In this document: positions 12,727 through 25,935 of the stretch, one piece after another
Position numbering within the stretch: the first letter of the stretch is position 1
Layout of the letters: each line of letters starts with the position of its first letter
DNA from: Peribolospora baueri
Lineage: Eukaryota
Reading direction: 5' to 3'
DNA: 64,000 nucleotides
NCBI GenBank assembly: GCA_029717555.1
Contig: JAMDHS010000027.1
Location: forward strand, 1-64,000
Made by a program: the position numbers and the translations under genes
The notes under the pieces: generated by a model
Database searches by the model: none
The model's input: the letters and a program-made list of their open reading frames with translations, nothing else
Told to the model about the DNA's origin: nothing

Positions 12727-15700
12727 TCATGAAGCGTCGGCGAGTTCCAACAGAGCGTTTTCTTGCAGGTGATCCATCCATTTCGCGAGAAAGTCGGAAC
12801 CCTTTGATACCGTGTCGCTGTCCCCGATGATGGCCTGAGCAGGAAGAAAAGTGAGCATGCAAGCAGCAGATATATCACGAATCGATGGGGCTGATCTCGG
12901 ATATGGCTTCGGGGCGACGTGGGAGAATGTAAGAAGAAGACGTGGGCAGGTTCTTCCTCACCAGGTGCTGAGGAGAGAAAATATGGTTCAGGCGGTCAGC
13001 GAGACAGGCACAGGAAAAACGCTAAGAGTAGAGGATGTGTGTGCCTCCACAAAGTCGAGCACATCTACAAAATGTTTTCTCACCTTTTTCGGTCGCGTCA
13101 TCGCAACTGAAAGAACAGAATCGAGGCGAACATTGTATTCAGCGAGGGGTCTGGCAGCGCATATTCCGCCAGACCCGGCCAACTCACCGTTCAATCTCCT
13201 CTTCTCTGCCAAGAACCCGACCTCGCGTTTATCGTTGGACCGAACCAAAGACAGAATCACCGCCTCGGCCTCGCGACCTTGAAATCCGTCCACGGTGCCC
13301 ACCTCGACCTCAGGGTAATCTGGTCGGAGAAGCGAGGCAATTAACGACACTTGCGCCGCGTACGGTGCGATTACGGCGATCTCTGATGGATTCAGTCCGG
13401 CCGTTACCTGTTGTTCCGCCGGGACAGACAGAGGGCGCGAGCGCAGGAAATTGGAGAAAACCCCGCCCAAGGTTCCTTCCGCAGGGTCAACACCATAAAT
13501 GCATGCCATGGCTGCTCTCGCGTCGCCCACTCGAGGTGAGTAGTGGTCTTTGAATGACTTACCAGTTTAACGACGTGCTCGACCACCATGTGAGCCTCGT
13601 GCTCATTGCTCTTACTCTCCGAAAGCATGCTCCTCAACTTTACGTCCTCATCCGCTCTCTCAAACATGTCCGCAGCGGCAGCTGAGAAAGGAGGCAAGTT
13701 AGTGACGGTGAGAATACAAAACAAAGTCATCCTAGGCCGTCAGTCATCCAGTACGAGCTCGACCATCCTCTTCTCGGTTGTCGGAGAACAACCGACCAAC
13801 TCCATTGAGAGCACTCACTATCGATGAACACGATAGGCGCACCATCCGCCTCCTCCTCATCCACCTCAACCCCTTCAATCTGACCCAACCGTCCCTTCTC
13901 GCAGCTCTCATCTGCGTGCAAGCGGCCCCCGTACATGACACGGGAAGGAAAGGAGCATATCTCGGCGTTCATCCGGTATTGGGTCGTAAGGAGACAAGAG
14001 ATCTCATCTCCCCACATGTGCAAGAGACGGTCGAAGAGCGTTGTTTCTAGTGTTGGCGACGGACGGAGACGGGAACCGTTTGGTTTCGCTGAAGGCTCTC
14101 CGTCTTTTCCGTTTGTTTTCGTTTCATTTAAGCCATCGCACGTTGGTTTTGCTGCCTTGTCGTCGGAAAGCGAAGCCTTGGTCTTCGAGCCCGATTTCTT
14201 GCTACTCGCTGCTTCTTTCGGCAGCTTTTGATGAGAAGATCGATGAGAGGGGGCAACTGATTTGATGGTTGGTGGGAGCTGAAGATGATCACCGGCCAAA
14301 ATGAGCTTTGCTCGTGATGCGCCTTTGAGGATAGGGATCCAGCATGCCTGACCATACGTGTAACGGGCGCAAAAAGCATGATCAGACGTATACGACCACG
14401 AAATTGAAGGCTGCGACCCGACCAGACGCTCACAGCTTCGAGCGCTTGCGCTGCCTCGTCAATTACGATCACATCAAACTCTTCGCCATGCAACTGTCGG
14501 CTTCCAGCACCGTGGCAAGTGGCCAGGACGACCCGTGCTCTACCGATCACGTCCTTGGTGACCGTAGCCTCTCGTCGTCGATAGCTATCCGATAACAGAC
14601 GAGAAAGAAAGAGCGTCAGTCGTGAGCTGAATCAGGGGCGCAGAATGCAGAAAAAAGAGGTCGATAGAGGGACGGACAACACACTCTTTCCTCAGCTCCT
14701 TCACTTCCTCCCATTTCTTCTTCCTTTCCAATCCCCTCACTCTCGCCTTTCCACCTAGTGCCAACTCGGCCATGAGTGCCTCGATCTCGCGTTTGATTTC
14801 CCTCACAACTTCTCCAGCGTTCGAATACGTCGTCTGGTGATCGAGCGTACTTTGGTGCAGACTCGCCAAGACGCGCGCCGGGTGTCCCAAGCGAGTCAAG
14901 GGTAGTTGCGCTCGCTGATCAGGCTCGGCGAGCAAGCGCTCTAAAATGTTATCCACCGCGAGGTTGGACGCTGCGCACACGAGAAGCCGCTTTCCTGCTG
15001 CGACCTCTTGCCGGATTATCTCCACCACTGTACTCGTCTTGCCCGTTCCCGGCGGGCCGTGTACAAGGGCAAGCTGTTCAGCCGACAGCGCTAGTCGAAC
15101 GGCTTTTTGTTGTGACTCGTTCAGACGAGAGGAAAGAGGCAGAGATGTGTCCTTGGCCTTGGAGAATGTCGGAGAGGAGAAGCCAAGGAGGGCGGAGAAG
15201 AGTGGATTGGCAGGCGAAGGTGCACTCAGGTTGGATGTGGATTGGGCTTTCAACGAGGTGCTGAGAGTGGAAGGAGTAGTCGGCACCTCGACCACCAACT
15301 CTTTTGCGAGATGGTGCAAAGTCTTCTCCATGCGGTCAAAGGTGGCATCGTTCGCCAACTTGACGACCCTACACCGCTCCGGAAGGTCCAGGTCGTCCGA
15401 GCTGCCGCCGCCCGCCTTGTCTCCACCTACGGCGATGACGATCCTCGTCTCGGAGACTTTGAAGACCACACCTTCAACCCCTTGTCCTTTACTCTCCTTG
15501 CGCTCTCCATCGTCCTTGCCCTTGTTCGAGCTGGCCTTCTTTGAGAATTTGTCCTTAGCTTTGGACGTGGGATCGACGTTGTGGTCGACGATAGATGCCA
15601 AGTCTCCCGGTCGAAATGAGTGCGAAGGGAATTCGGGAGAGGTGTGATAGGCGTTCGGACGGTCGAGCTCGACAAGTCTGACGGAGTGTAATGTAGCAGC

Positions 15701-15991
15701 AATGCATTGAGCTTGAGCTTGTCACATCCTGTCTATTCCAGCTTCGCCAGTTCTAGCGCGACAAGATCGGACCCACGTCATTCCACCCAATCCGATCCTC
15801 ACGCCCGCCACCCCTAAACCAAGGAGGGCAACTCCCTGCTGCTCGAGAAGTTTAGGTGAACATTTGCTGAAGAGCAAGGCGGTCTCCTCCACCTCTGCCT
15901 TGCGTTCCTCGAACAGTAGCGCTAACTGTGCGGTAATGAAGGATGCGACATCTTGAGAAGAAGGCGGACGGGAGAGAGCTGAAGGGGCCAT
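12727..15991 (-). CDS. HCS1: SF1 Upf1-like DNA/RNA helicase (Hcs1/IGHMBP2)
   Basis: LNESQ, HGPPGTGKT, ASNLAVDN, VIDEAAQ, AGDHLQLPP, QYRMN, APYAAQV, TVDGFQGRE, SLVRSN, AMTRPKK-HL-AIIGD; characteristic N-terminus. Confidence 0.92.
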
Positions 15992-16747
15992 GGTGATTAA
16001 GAGAGTGCAGGGCAAGGTCCGCTCTAGCCTACTGTTTCATCGAGCGAGCATTAAAGGTAAGAGCGTTGGTAAGAGCGTTGGTAGTAGCGACATGAAAATG
16101 AGAATGTTCACTGACGGATGAGTGGAACAGGTGGATGAACAACGTTGGAGCACAGACATTCGGAAGGCACGTGACGAACAAGCGAGCCGAGCAGTTCCAG
16201 GCACACTCAGTCCTGTTTCCCAGGGAGCACGGTCAATTTTCGTCTTTCTTGAGAGGCGTTGGATCACTCAACATTAGTTCCAGGATTCTCGGTCAGCTCT
16301 GTTGGACCAGACGCGAGCGTTGGCTCGACGAAGAGAACGAGATGGACTGGGCAGTATGGGGAGGCGCCGGGCCATTCTCGATTAGTGAAGGGCAGGGGGG
16401 AGACGGCGAAGGCTCCACCGAATCACACGTGCTCGTCCGAGCCCCTAACCAGTCCCATAATGTTCATCACGTGCTCTCCTCCGCTCTTTAGCTCTCTAGC
16501 TTGGCTGGGATCCCCTATTGACCCTTTCTTTCACGTCTCCGCCTCTCAACGACATCGAGGACGTCCTGGCTCGATACACAAAGGGAGCCGACGGTGAGTT
16601 CTTTTGCGCCATTTATCCTGCTCCTGCAGCTCGCGCTGACGTTCCAACTTGCTTCGTCCCACCCTCAATGGTCGAGCGAAGAAAGAAGGCACGACACAAA
16701 CGAATCTCATGACATGCTGAATGACCTTGTGGACGACTGATACGACA

Positions 16748-18081
16748 ATGACGAACAGACTTGCGGATCTTCGCCGCCTCTCCGTTCTTGCGGCGCTCCT
16801 CTTTTTTCTCATTTTTGTCTCGGAAACGCTCGCCTCGCCAGTTCCCACTCCTGGGCCGGCTGCTGCCCTCCCCGCTCGACGCGCCACCGTAGCTGCTGCG
16901 CCACGAGCGCTCGCCACGCCCGCACCTCTCAATATCCGCGTGCCCGCAGGCTTCTCCGATGCTGTTCGCAAAGCTTGGCTTGCCGACCGGGGCAAGAACG
17001 ACCTCGCTCCTGTTGTCCTCCCCCACCCCCGCGCCGGGGGGCCTACGCCGGCGATGGCACGACAACAACAGCCCTACCCAAGCTTCCCGGCGGACATAGA
17101 CAGCTGCCCCAAGTGTCAAGCTGACTATTCCGGCTTGAGCAGCTGTATGGCCGCTGCTCCTGCTTTTGCCAACGTTTCTGCGGTGAGTGGGCCTGTCAGC
17201 AGGTGGGCAGGGAACGGGCCTAAGCCGGTCACCGAGCACCGAGCGGCGAGAAGCGAGGCTGAATTGCCGCCGTCTTCTGCGCTGGCGAGATGTCACTCAG
17301 ATCTTCCAGAACCCGGCGACGTTTATCTCGGTCATCGTGAGTTGAAGTTGAGCGATGCGACTGTCGCGCTTTCCGTCTTCGCAACGGTACGATGCATTTT
17401 CTGACCATGTTGTCTTGACCCGTCCTCGCTTGGCTCTTGTTTCTTGCTCTCGGTAGAAATGCGCGTGTACGGACACCTTCCAATCCGTCTTCCCTCAATG
17501 TGTCGATTGCTTCCAGGCGAGCGTCCTTGAGAAGGCCTTCTCGCTCCTTCACCGTCTTTGCTCTGCTACCTTCGTCTGACACTCCTGCTCGCCCGACATC
17601 CCATCCACACCTTTCGCTCGCTCACAGAGGACGGACCAGTGCACGTATCTGGGCACGGACCCGCAAGGGACGGGTGCGGGCAGCTTCGTGACCAACGTCC
17701 GGCAGGTGTGCGGCTTTGCTTCTGCGCTCCTCGGTCACGCCGCGAGCGCGAATGGACACCAGAGCGGGTGGTGTGAGTTTTGGCTCATATCTGTTTTGTC
17801 CGATTTGGCAGGGCAGCGCTGCTTCCATCGTCTGATCGATCGCCATTGCCTCCCCTTCTCTCGACCCGTTCACGCTCATAGACACCCCGTCTAGCGCACC
17901 GACCTACACCGACGTCTCCCCCTCTAACTACGGACCAGGCTACAACGATCAAGCCACTGGCGCCATGTTCGGGTCCAGCGCCTCCCCACCGCCCAGGCTG
18001 TCCGTCTTGGAGCCATCCATGGCGCTGCGCCTCCTTGCCGGGGCTGCCTTGGCCGTCGGCGGAGGGCTATGGATTCTTTGA
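16748..18081 (+). CDS. secreted Cys-rich, probably GPI-anchored protein (5 exons, one GC-AG intron)
   Basis: Signal peptide; spliced core SCPKC..SSCM..KCACTDTFQSVFPQCVDCFQRTDQC..RQVC; hydrophobic C-terminus ending GGGLWIL*; intron 17517-17627 has a GC donor. Confidence 0.7.
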
Positions 18082-18146
18082 AGTCTGCAAGCCGAGGGAG
18101 GGTCTCGTCCAAGATCATCCGGAACTGTGATGCCGGCGCTCTCGTT

Positions 18147-18148
<2 letters not shown>

Positions 18149-18192
<44 letters not shown>
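18149..18192. repeat. T44 homopolymer
   Basis: uninterrupted T run about 70 nt after the stop codon at 18081. Confidence 0.95.
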
Positions 18193-20146
18193 CGTTTTCA
18201 TTATCAAAGACACTCTTCCCCTCCCCGACACGGTGCGCTTTGCCGCGTTTCGTTCCCGAATACCGCCTATCTACTTTCAGCGCCGCTACGTGCGCCTCAC
18301 TCGAAATCAAACTTTTGCGTGTGAAGTATTTGAAACGGACCGGGCCGATGTATATTCGCGTGGATGTGTGTCTGCGTAATTAATTATGTAGTTATGTACC
18401 TGCCTTGCGATGACTTGACGGACGCCAGGTGCTGCACACCGTGGCTAACTAGCTGATCGGGACCGGGACGTCCGTGCATTGTCTATCGGTGATCGTCTTT
18501 GTCATCCCGCTCGACGACCTCTTCCGACCGGACTGATATGCTATTAGGGGAGGAACCGGACGCGGAGATGAAAACGGTCTTTCTTGTCACCGCACCGCCG
18601 GCACAGCTACAGCTATATCGACAGTTTTCTCTGGACCTCATACGTTGTACGCTCCATCTCCTCCGTCGTCGTCGTCCAGCATGCCAGATGTGAGCGCCAG
18701 CGTCCCGCCCTAAGAGACACGCTGGACTCTCGCCTGACGAACCTCTCTCCTCCGTCGCCGCTTCCGGGTGTAGAGAACGGTGATGGGAAAGGACGGAAAG
18801 CCGATCAAGGTTGGGGATAGGGTGTGGACTCCGCACCGCGGCGGAAAGCAGGAGGGCCCGGTGAGCTGGGCCGGAAGAGGTCGGTGGGGCGCCGGCCCCC
18901 CCGCGCTGAGCCTGACTGACGGTTGATGGGCTTGGCTCCCCCTGGTTCCGCGTCCCCGTCCCAGGTGGAGGCAGTGGTGGTGGATGAAAAGGACGTGGAG
19001 GCGGTGAGCGCCATGGGCATACCGATCAAGCGTCCTCCCAAGGTAAGGGAGAGAGGGAGCGTCGTGCTTCTTCTTTTTCTCACTCGTCGTTCCTTACATT
19101 CCTGTTTACGACGATCCTTTACTGCGCGCATGATCATCATCATATCGTCGTCATCAGGTCATTTACACCGATCAGGTGAGCCGCTTCGCTCGTCTCCACT
19201 TGGCCGGTCTCTGTAGGTTCGCCGCATATCGCATTGTCCCGCCTCGCGTGCGACGTGATGCGCTTGGCCATCATGCGCATGCCGCATTGTTTTTCTCTTT
19301 TCCTGTCCTCTTCCCCTTCCGGGTATCACGCTCGTCCGTCTCTTTCCGGCGACGCAGCACGGCCACAAGGTGGCTCATAACCCTTGGGCGCTCTCCCATG
19401 TGGAGTGACGCGATGGCGGGAGGTCGTTTCATTTCGTCTCGTTTGTGTCTCGGTTCATCGCGATCGACAGCGGGGGGTACATAAGAAAAGGGATGGATGG
19501 GTGGGGTGGCGAAGACAAGCACCGGCTGGGGTGGAATCGAATCGAGGAGGGAGGTTGTTGATGAAGGGCGAGGCAACGGAGGTGAGACTGTACAGACAGA
19601 CCTCGACACCGTCCCGGCACGCTCGTGCGAGCTAGCTCGCTCGTGTACATGGAGGAGGCGCACGTGAGGTCGGTGAAGGAGAAGAAGAAGGAAAAAGACA
19701 AAGAAGGGCGTTAGAGAAGAGCGGGAATTGGGGACGGCACGAATGAGTTGGACTACTGCGGGAGGAAAAAGAGGGAAACCGTAGCAAGAGTCGGTGGTCG
19801 GTCGTCGGTGAGGCCGGTGCGTGCTCGCCGCAAGGGACGGGCTGCGGAGGTTAGGGACAGAGGTGTGGGAGGGATGGAAAAGAAGAAAAGAGTCATAAGA
19901 AAAGGAAGTGAAAGGGAAAAGGAAAGAAAGACAAGCGAAAAGTGAAAGTGAAAGAAAAAAAAAAAAAGAAAAATTGACGCGTGTCTTTTCCACTTCGGCA
20001 ACCTCGTGCCGTGTCGACGACAACCGTTCGGCTCGCACTTCTTTCTCTTTCTCCCTCGTCGCCGTCTGCCTTCCCACCCTCGCTTGTCACGTTGTCCAAC
20101 GTCGCCAGGCAGGCCGTTGCTCTCGCCCGTCCTACGCACTGCAGTG

Positions 20147-20193
20147 TCTATATCTACGTCTACATCTACGTCTACATACATCTACGTCTACGT
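20147..20193. repeat. imperfect hexamer microsatellite (TCTACR)n
   Basis: tctatatctacgtctacatctacgtctacatacatctacgtctacgt. Confidence 0.8.
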
Positions 20194-21581
20194 CGCAACC
20201 AGTTCGGCGGACCAACGTAGACACAGGACGATTGGACGACCGACTTTTGATCCCGCCTGCCGTCCGACCGTTCGTCTGTCCGTCGGTCGAGCCGTCGAGC
20301 CGCCGAGGCGTGTGCGTGGTCGAGTCGAGCGTCCCACCATCCAACACTCGTCCGCTCACCATCCTTCTTCCTCCCTACCAACCAACACCGTCGTTCTCGT
20401 TCTTGTCTTCGCCCTCACCCTCGCCCTCGCCCTCTTCCCATCGCCACCGCCATCCCTAACCCTCCTCCTTGTCACCCGTCGGCACACGAGGTCCAGCCCA
20501 GCCCACTCCTAGACTGACGGCAACCGTCACCGTGCGTGCGGCGACCGTCGCTTTGCACCCGTCCAGGCCAAACCATCCTCCTTCCTCGATCTCCTTCCCT
20601 CGCCTCGCCTCTTCCATCTTCCACTTCCACTAACCCTTCCTTCGGCCTCAGCCGCTTTTCTCAGTCTCGCCGTCACCGTCGACGCCGACACCGCACGCTC
20701 CCTCCCTCCTCTACTCTCGTCCAGTCAAGCCCTCCTCCTCCTCGTCAGCCCGGCAACAAGTGTTCCTTTTTGCTTGGCACCGTCGCGAACCTAGCTAGGG
20801 CGCTCATCGTCTTCCTCGTCTTACCTCCTCTTCGACGTCCCTCTCGACAACCTCTTCGCCTTCCCTCCTTCACCCCTCCCTTCACGCCCTCTTGCCCGTG
20901 CCTCTGCGACCGCCTGCGGTGACGCCGGCGTGCCCTTCATTCTCCATCACCTCGAGCCCCGCAATTTAAACACCCTTCCCCGACCCACACGGCAACGGCA
21001 ACGGCGACCGACGGACGACGGACGGACGGACGGACAGAAGGAAACGGCGGCGGCGGACGGCGTTCCTGGACCACCACCACTATCATCACCCACTTCCATT
21101 CTCTCGCCTTGCCGCACCCAACTCAGACCTCTTCTCTCGCCTTCCTCCGCCCTTCGAACCCACCAGCGCTCTAGCACGTCCACTCTACCTATTCGCCCCG
21201 ACTTCCACCGCTCACCTTCTACCGTACCCGCTCGGCTCGCCCCGGCCGACGGTCCATCTGCGCGCCGGCTTCGCCGCTTCGCCCACGGTGGCGTTGGACG
21301 AGCGCTTGGCCGCCGTCCGACGCAGCATCCACCACGTCCGACGCCTCGACGTACCTTCGCCCGCCTTTTTCCCTTCTTCCCTCGCCTCTCCATCCTCATT
21401 CCCCTCGTCTCGCCGCCTGCGTGTCGGCCCCCTCCGGCTGCCCTATTGCCGTCACCCTGCCCGCCGCTCCCCTCGGTCCTCTTTGCTTTCCCACCGCCGT
21501 CGTCGTCAACCCACGACGTCTACCACCACGACCACCGCTCCTTCTCCTGCCCTCGCTTTGAGTCCCGCGCATAGCGAGGCC

Positions 21582-24500
21582 ATGGCTCCGTTCGTGCTCA
21601 AGTTCAAAGGCGTGAGTGTCGTCTTCTTGCCTCGTCGACGAGGGGCGCTCGCCCCTCCGATCCAAGTCTTGTCCCGGACCCGTTCTCGGATCCTTTTTTT
21701 TCTCGCTCGGCCGTCCCTGTTGAAGACGGTCGACGTCGATCCATGACTGTACATATCTCTCCGCCCTCCCGTGGCCCCTGTCTCCGTCTATGCGTTTCTC
21801 TCACCACTATCTTCTCTCCGTCCCTCCCATCGCTCGCAGAACAAGTCCTTCTCCCCCTTCTCCAACCTCTCCGACGAGGATTCCCTCAGCCGCACCTGGC
21901 GCGTCTGCACCAAGGTCGCCGCCCACCTCGAGCAGGGGCAGCGCCTCGAGAACCTCAGTTGGCGTCTGTGGTACCTGCACAGCTTGATGGTGAGTCGCCG
22001 TGGCAGCTGCTCCCCGTCGTCCCATCGTCGCTAAGTCCGGCGTCCGCTTTTTTGGCCCTCTCAGGTTGAATCGGACAACACCCGATCCGCCCGCGCGTTC
22101 AAGAAACTCTCCCGATCCACCGGCGAAAAGTTGGATAAGGACAAGGGGAGGACGATCGATCAGCTCACCGCGCCCCACTTCAAGCGTACAGAGTCCGGCG
22201 ACGTGCTCGTCAAGCGTGCCAAGGAGCGCGAGGAGCGCCTCCGCGAGGTGGAACGCTGGCACGCCGCCCAGGCCGAAGCGATGGAAAGGGGCATCCCCAT
22301 CGGTCCTGGCCTCCAGAAACCGAGGAGGTATTCTGGCAATGGCAGCATGGAGGAGCGCGAGAAGGCGCGCGGGAGGCAAAACATGAAGGAGATGCAGTAC
22401 ACCTTCGCCCTCGACCCCACCGTCGGCGCTTCTGGCAAGCTGGCTCGCATGCCCGCCCGTCTCACCCCTGTCGCCGGCGGTTCCAGTCCCACCAAGCCTG
22501 ACGTCGCCGTCTCTTCCTCTCCGTCTTCGTCCACCGTGAGCGCCGCGGCGGACCAGGTCGACGTCATCATGTCCTGCTCCTCCCCCATGGACGCCGCCCA
22601 GGCTGGGCCGTCGCGCTCCTCGTCCAACAGCTCGACCGCCGGCGGTCCGTCCCACATGGGTCCGGCCAACTCCTTTGGCGCATTTGCCCACCAGCTCCAC
22701 CATCAGATCCAGAATCAGACTCAGAATCATGGTCAAGCTGCCGAACCTGGTGCAGGTTTCGCTCAAGCACAGTTGGGAGGACATCAGCCGGCGAACCAGT
22801 TGTACAGCAATGTCATGGGTGTCGGCGCCGATGGCCCGTCGTCCGTTGCACTCTCCGCCAATCCGTCCTCGTCGAGCACCACCCCGGAACTGTCATCCCT
22901 CTTCTCGTCCGACAATATCGGCGGCCTCTCCGTTTCCGCCTCGCTCGGCATCCCCGACATGCCCAGCTTCGACTCGACTCCCATCTCTGAGCTTCTCCGT
23001 GGCTTGTCCGGAAGCACGCATGACAGCATCGGTCTCGCCTTTGACGGCGCCGAGCTCGGTGGCTTCGATTTCAGCGGCTTCGGTAGCCTTGAAAGCGGGA
23101 GCAATGTCGGGACGGGACAGGCTACACCGAGTGGGGGGGATTCCTCTGCCCTCGCCATCACCCCAATGGCCGTTGACGGCGGTGGCGGTGGCGGGGTGGT
23201 AGCCAGCGGGCCGTCTAATTACGCGCCGCCGGCGGACGGACAGAGTTCGCTTCTGTCCAACGCCTCCTTGTTGGCCGGCGGGACAGCGCAGAACGGGGCG
23301 CAACTTGCTCGCCAAGAGGCGTTTGCTCGACAAGCGCGCATCACCGCCGAGCAGGTCAACGCGCAGACCATGCTCCTCCGCAGGGCCAGGTTCGAGCTGA
23401 TGAAGGAGCAGCAGGCCATGAGGGGCTTGACGGAGGGCATGGACGGGCCCGCGGGTGGGCGGGCGCAAGGCGCACAGCAGCAAGGGCACGTCGGCCCGCG
23501 GCCGCCGCCGGACCAAGCGTTCGGCCAACCTGGTCGACCACCTTTTATGCAAATCCCCTCTTCTGGGCCTAATTCGTTCGTTCAAAACCCCAGCCCCGCG
23601 TCAATGACGCCTCAGGGACAGCACGCGCCTCCGGGACAAGCTGGAATGCCGATGGGTGGAGGAGGTACGATGCAGGGCCAGCCGCAGCCACCGGCACCGC
23701 ACACGCACACGCACTTTGATCCCACCACACACCGAGGCGCCTTTTCCCAGAATCAATTCCCCAATCCTTCCTTTCCTGGCTCGTCCCAGGCCGGCTTTCC
23801 CCACGCGCCCGGCGACGGCGTCGACGGTGGGTCTGGACAGCGCATGCAGCAGGTCTTTCAGGCTCAATTATCCCGCTTGGTTGACGACAAGGCGGCCGCG
23901 GCGCCGGGCTCGCAACGCAAGGCGTTCGACCAGGGCCCGTTCACGACTCATGCCGGTCCTTCATCCGCTCCTTTTGACTCGTCCATGCACATCGACGGCC
24001 AAGTCGGTCTTGCGCAACCGTTCGGCCCGCCTAGAGGACCGCCGCTGCCGCAACAGCAACAACAGCAACAACAGCAGCAGAACTTGGGCAACATGGGCGA
24101 CGTCGACCTATCTCAGATGCTCGTCGCTTCTCACCTCAGCCCTGCGGGGGCCGCCCCGGCTTATGCCGGCGGCGCCATCGATCCAAACACCAACGCGGTC
24201 CCCGGAGCGTCCGGGACTATGTCGGTGCCGAACAGCCCGAGGTCCGCTCCCAGCAGCAGCTCTGCGCCGAGCCCGAACAGCCTCAGCGCGCCGACGAGCC
24301 CGGCGGTGCGAAACAACGGTTTGGGTTTCACTCCTCTCAACGCCGGCGGCGGCGCGAGCAACAAGTCTGGCGGGAGCAGCAACAGCAGTCCGTCCAACAG
24401 TCGGCCGAGCAGCAGTAAAGGCGGCGGTGGCAGTAGCAGCGGAAAGCCCAAGGCCGTGCGCAAGAACAAGGCGCCGTCCGTCTCGGCCGCCGGCTACACG

Positions 24501-25935
24501 CCCGCTCAGACCCAACTGTCCTCCACCGATGGCGCGGCGCCCAAGCCCGAGCCGCAGCGGCCAGAGTGCACGAACTGCGGTGCGCTGTCGACGCCGCTCT
24601 GGCGACGGGACGCTGAGGACCGGCTGCTGTGCAACGCGTGCGGGCTCTACCTCAAGTTACACGGCACGTCGCGCCCGCGCACGCTCAAGCACCACGGCGG
24701 CAGCCACGGGCACTCTAACCACCCCTCGGCTACGCCCGGTGGGGCCAGCGCGTCCAACTCGGCTAACCCGAGTCCGACGGGGACGCCGCCGCCGGGTGGC
24801 TTTGTTGACGACGAGGGAAGCCACTGCCACAACTGTGGCACGAGCACCACACCACTGTGGAGGAAGGATGACGAGGGTCACACGGTTTGTAACGCCTGCG
24901 GGCTCTACTTGCGTCTACATCGCGAGCCGAGGAACCCCAAGTGAGTGGCCGCTCGCTTGCCCGTCCCTTTCGTACTCTCGTCTCGGCCTTCTCACTCGCT
25001 CTTCGTTACGTCCTCCTTCTCGACCTTGTAGCATGCGCGCCGACGTGATCAAGAAGCGAACGCGATATGACGAGCGACGCTCCAAGGCCAACTCTGCCGC
25101 CAGCTCCCGGCGCACTTCTCCGGCGCCCCAGCCCGCTCCGTCCGGTCAAGGCGCTCCTCCGCTGCCGCCGACGTCCGGACCTCCGACGCAGTTCCCCCCT
25201 TCGGGTCATTTCCTCAGCACTCCCCCTTTCTCTCACCAGCACGGCTTGGATGCGCTCGACCAGACCGGCTTTGCTTTCCAGCCGTCTCACTTCTCCTTCG
25301 CATCACCGCAAGGCATGGCGCAGTTCTCGACGGCCCCACCGGGACCGCACGGCTTCTTCGCGCAGCAGAGCCCCGTTTCCATGGGTTTCGACCTTGCTGG
25401 GTTATCGCCATTCGGCGTCAGCACCCCCGGAGCGTCGACGGGAGGGATGGTTTCCATGTCCGATCCTTCAGCCGTCGGTCTCACTTCGACCCCGATGGCG
25501 CCCGGATCCGGCCCTGCGATCATACCCGGGTCGGGTCAGGTGACTCAGAGTATGAACATACCCGTTGGCCTCGGCATGCCATCGTCAGCCTTTCCTCTGT
25601 TCCAGCAACAAAGCTTCCAAGGCCAGCCGCCACAAACATCGCCTCGGCAACCTCACTTCGACGGCTCGCCCGTCTTGTTGCAGCAGGGCCAGAGTTCGGC
25701 CTCGGCCTCGGCCTCAGCGCCGACTTCGCCGCCCAATCCGGCCCAGCAGCCGCTGAGCCCGACTGGCAAGCGGCGGAGACTGAGCCAGGACGAGAGGATG
25801 AAGCCGTCGGTTTGGTCGCTCACACCGGCAAATCCAGACGTCGGCGGCGCCAGCGCAAATCCAAATCCCAATCCCAATTCTGGTGCACCGATGGCGCAGG
25901 CTTTGCCTGCCCAGCAGCAAAATGCGCCTTCGTAA
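21582..25935 (+). CDS. GATA transcription factor with N-terminal AreA-like RLENLSWR domain and two CX2CX17CX2C fingers
   Basis: Exon 21582-21611, exon from 21840 ([12 protein letters not shown]), main exon with [21 protein letters not shown] and [21 protein letters not shown]; intron from 24941, then MRADVIKKR. Confidence 0.9.

Noticed and set aside
17924..18383. Poly-Lys and poly-Phe ORFs
   Set aside because: Translation of the T44 homopolymer
23656..25030. First part of the 759-aa ORF
   Set aside because: Alternative frame of the GATA main exon; only the part after the last intron is the real final exon
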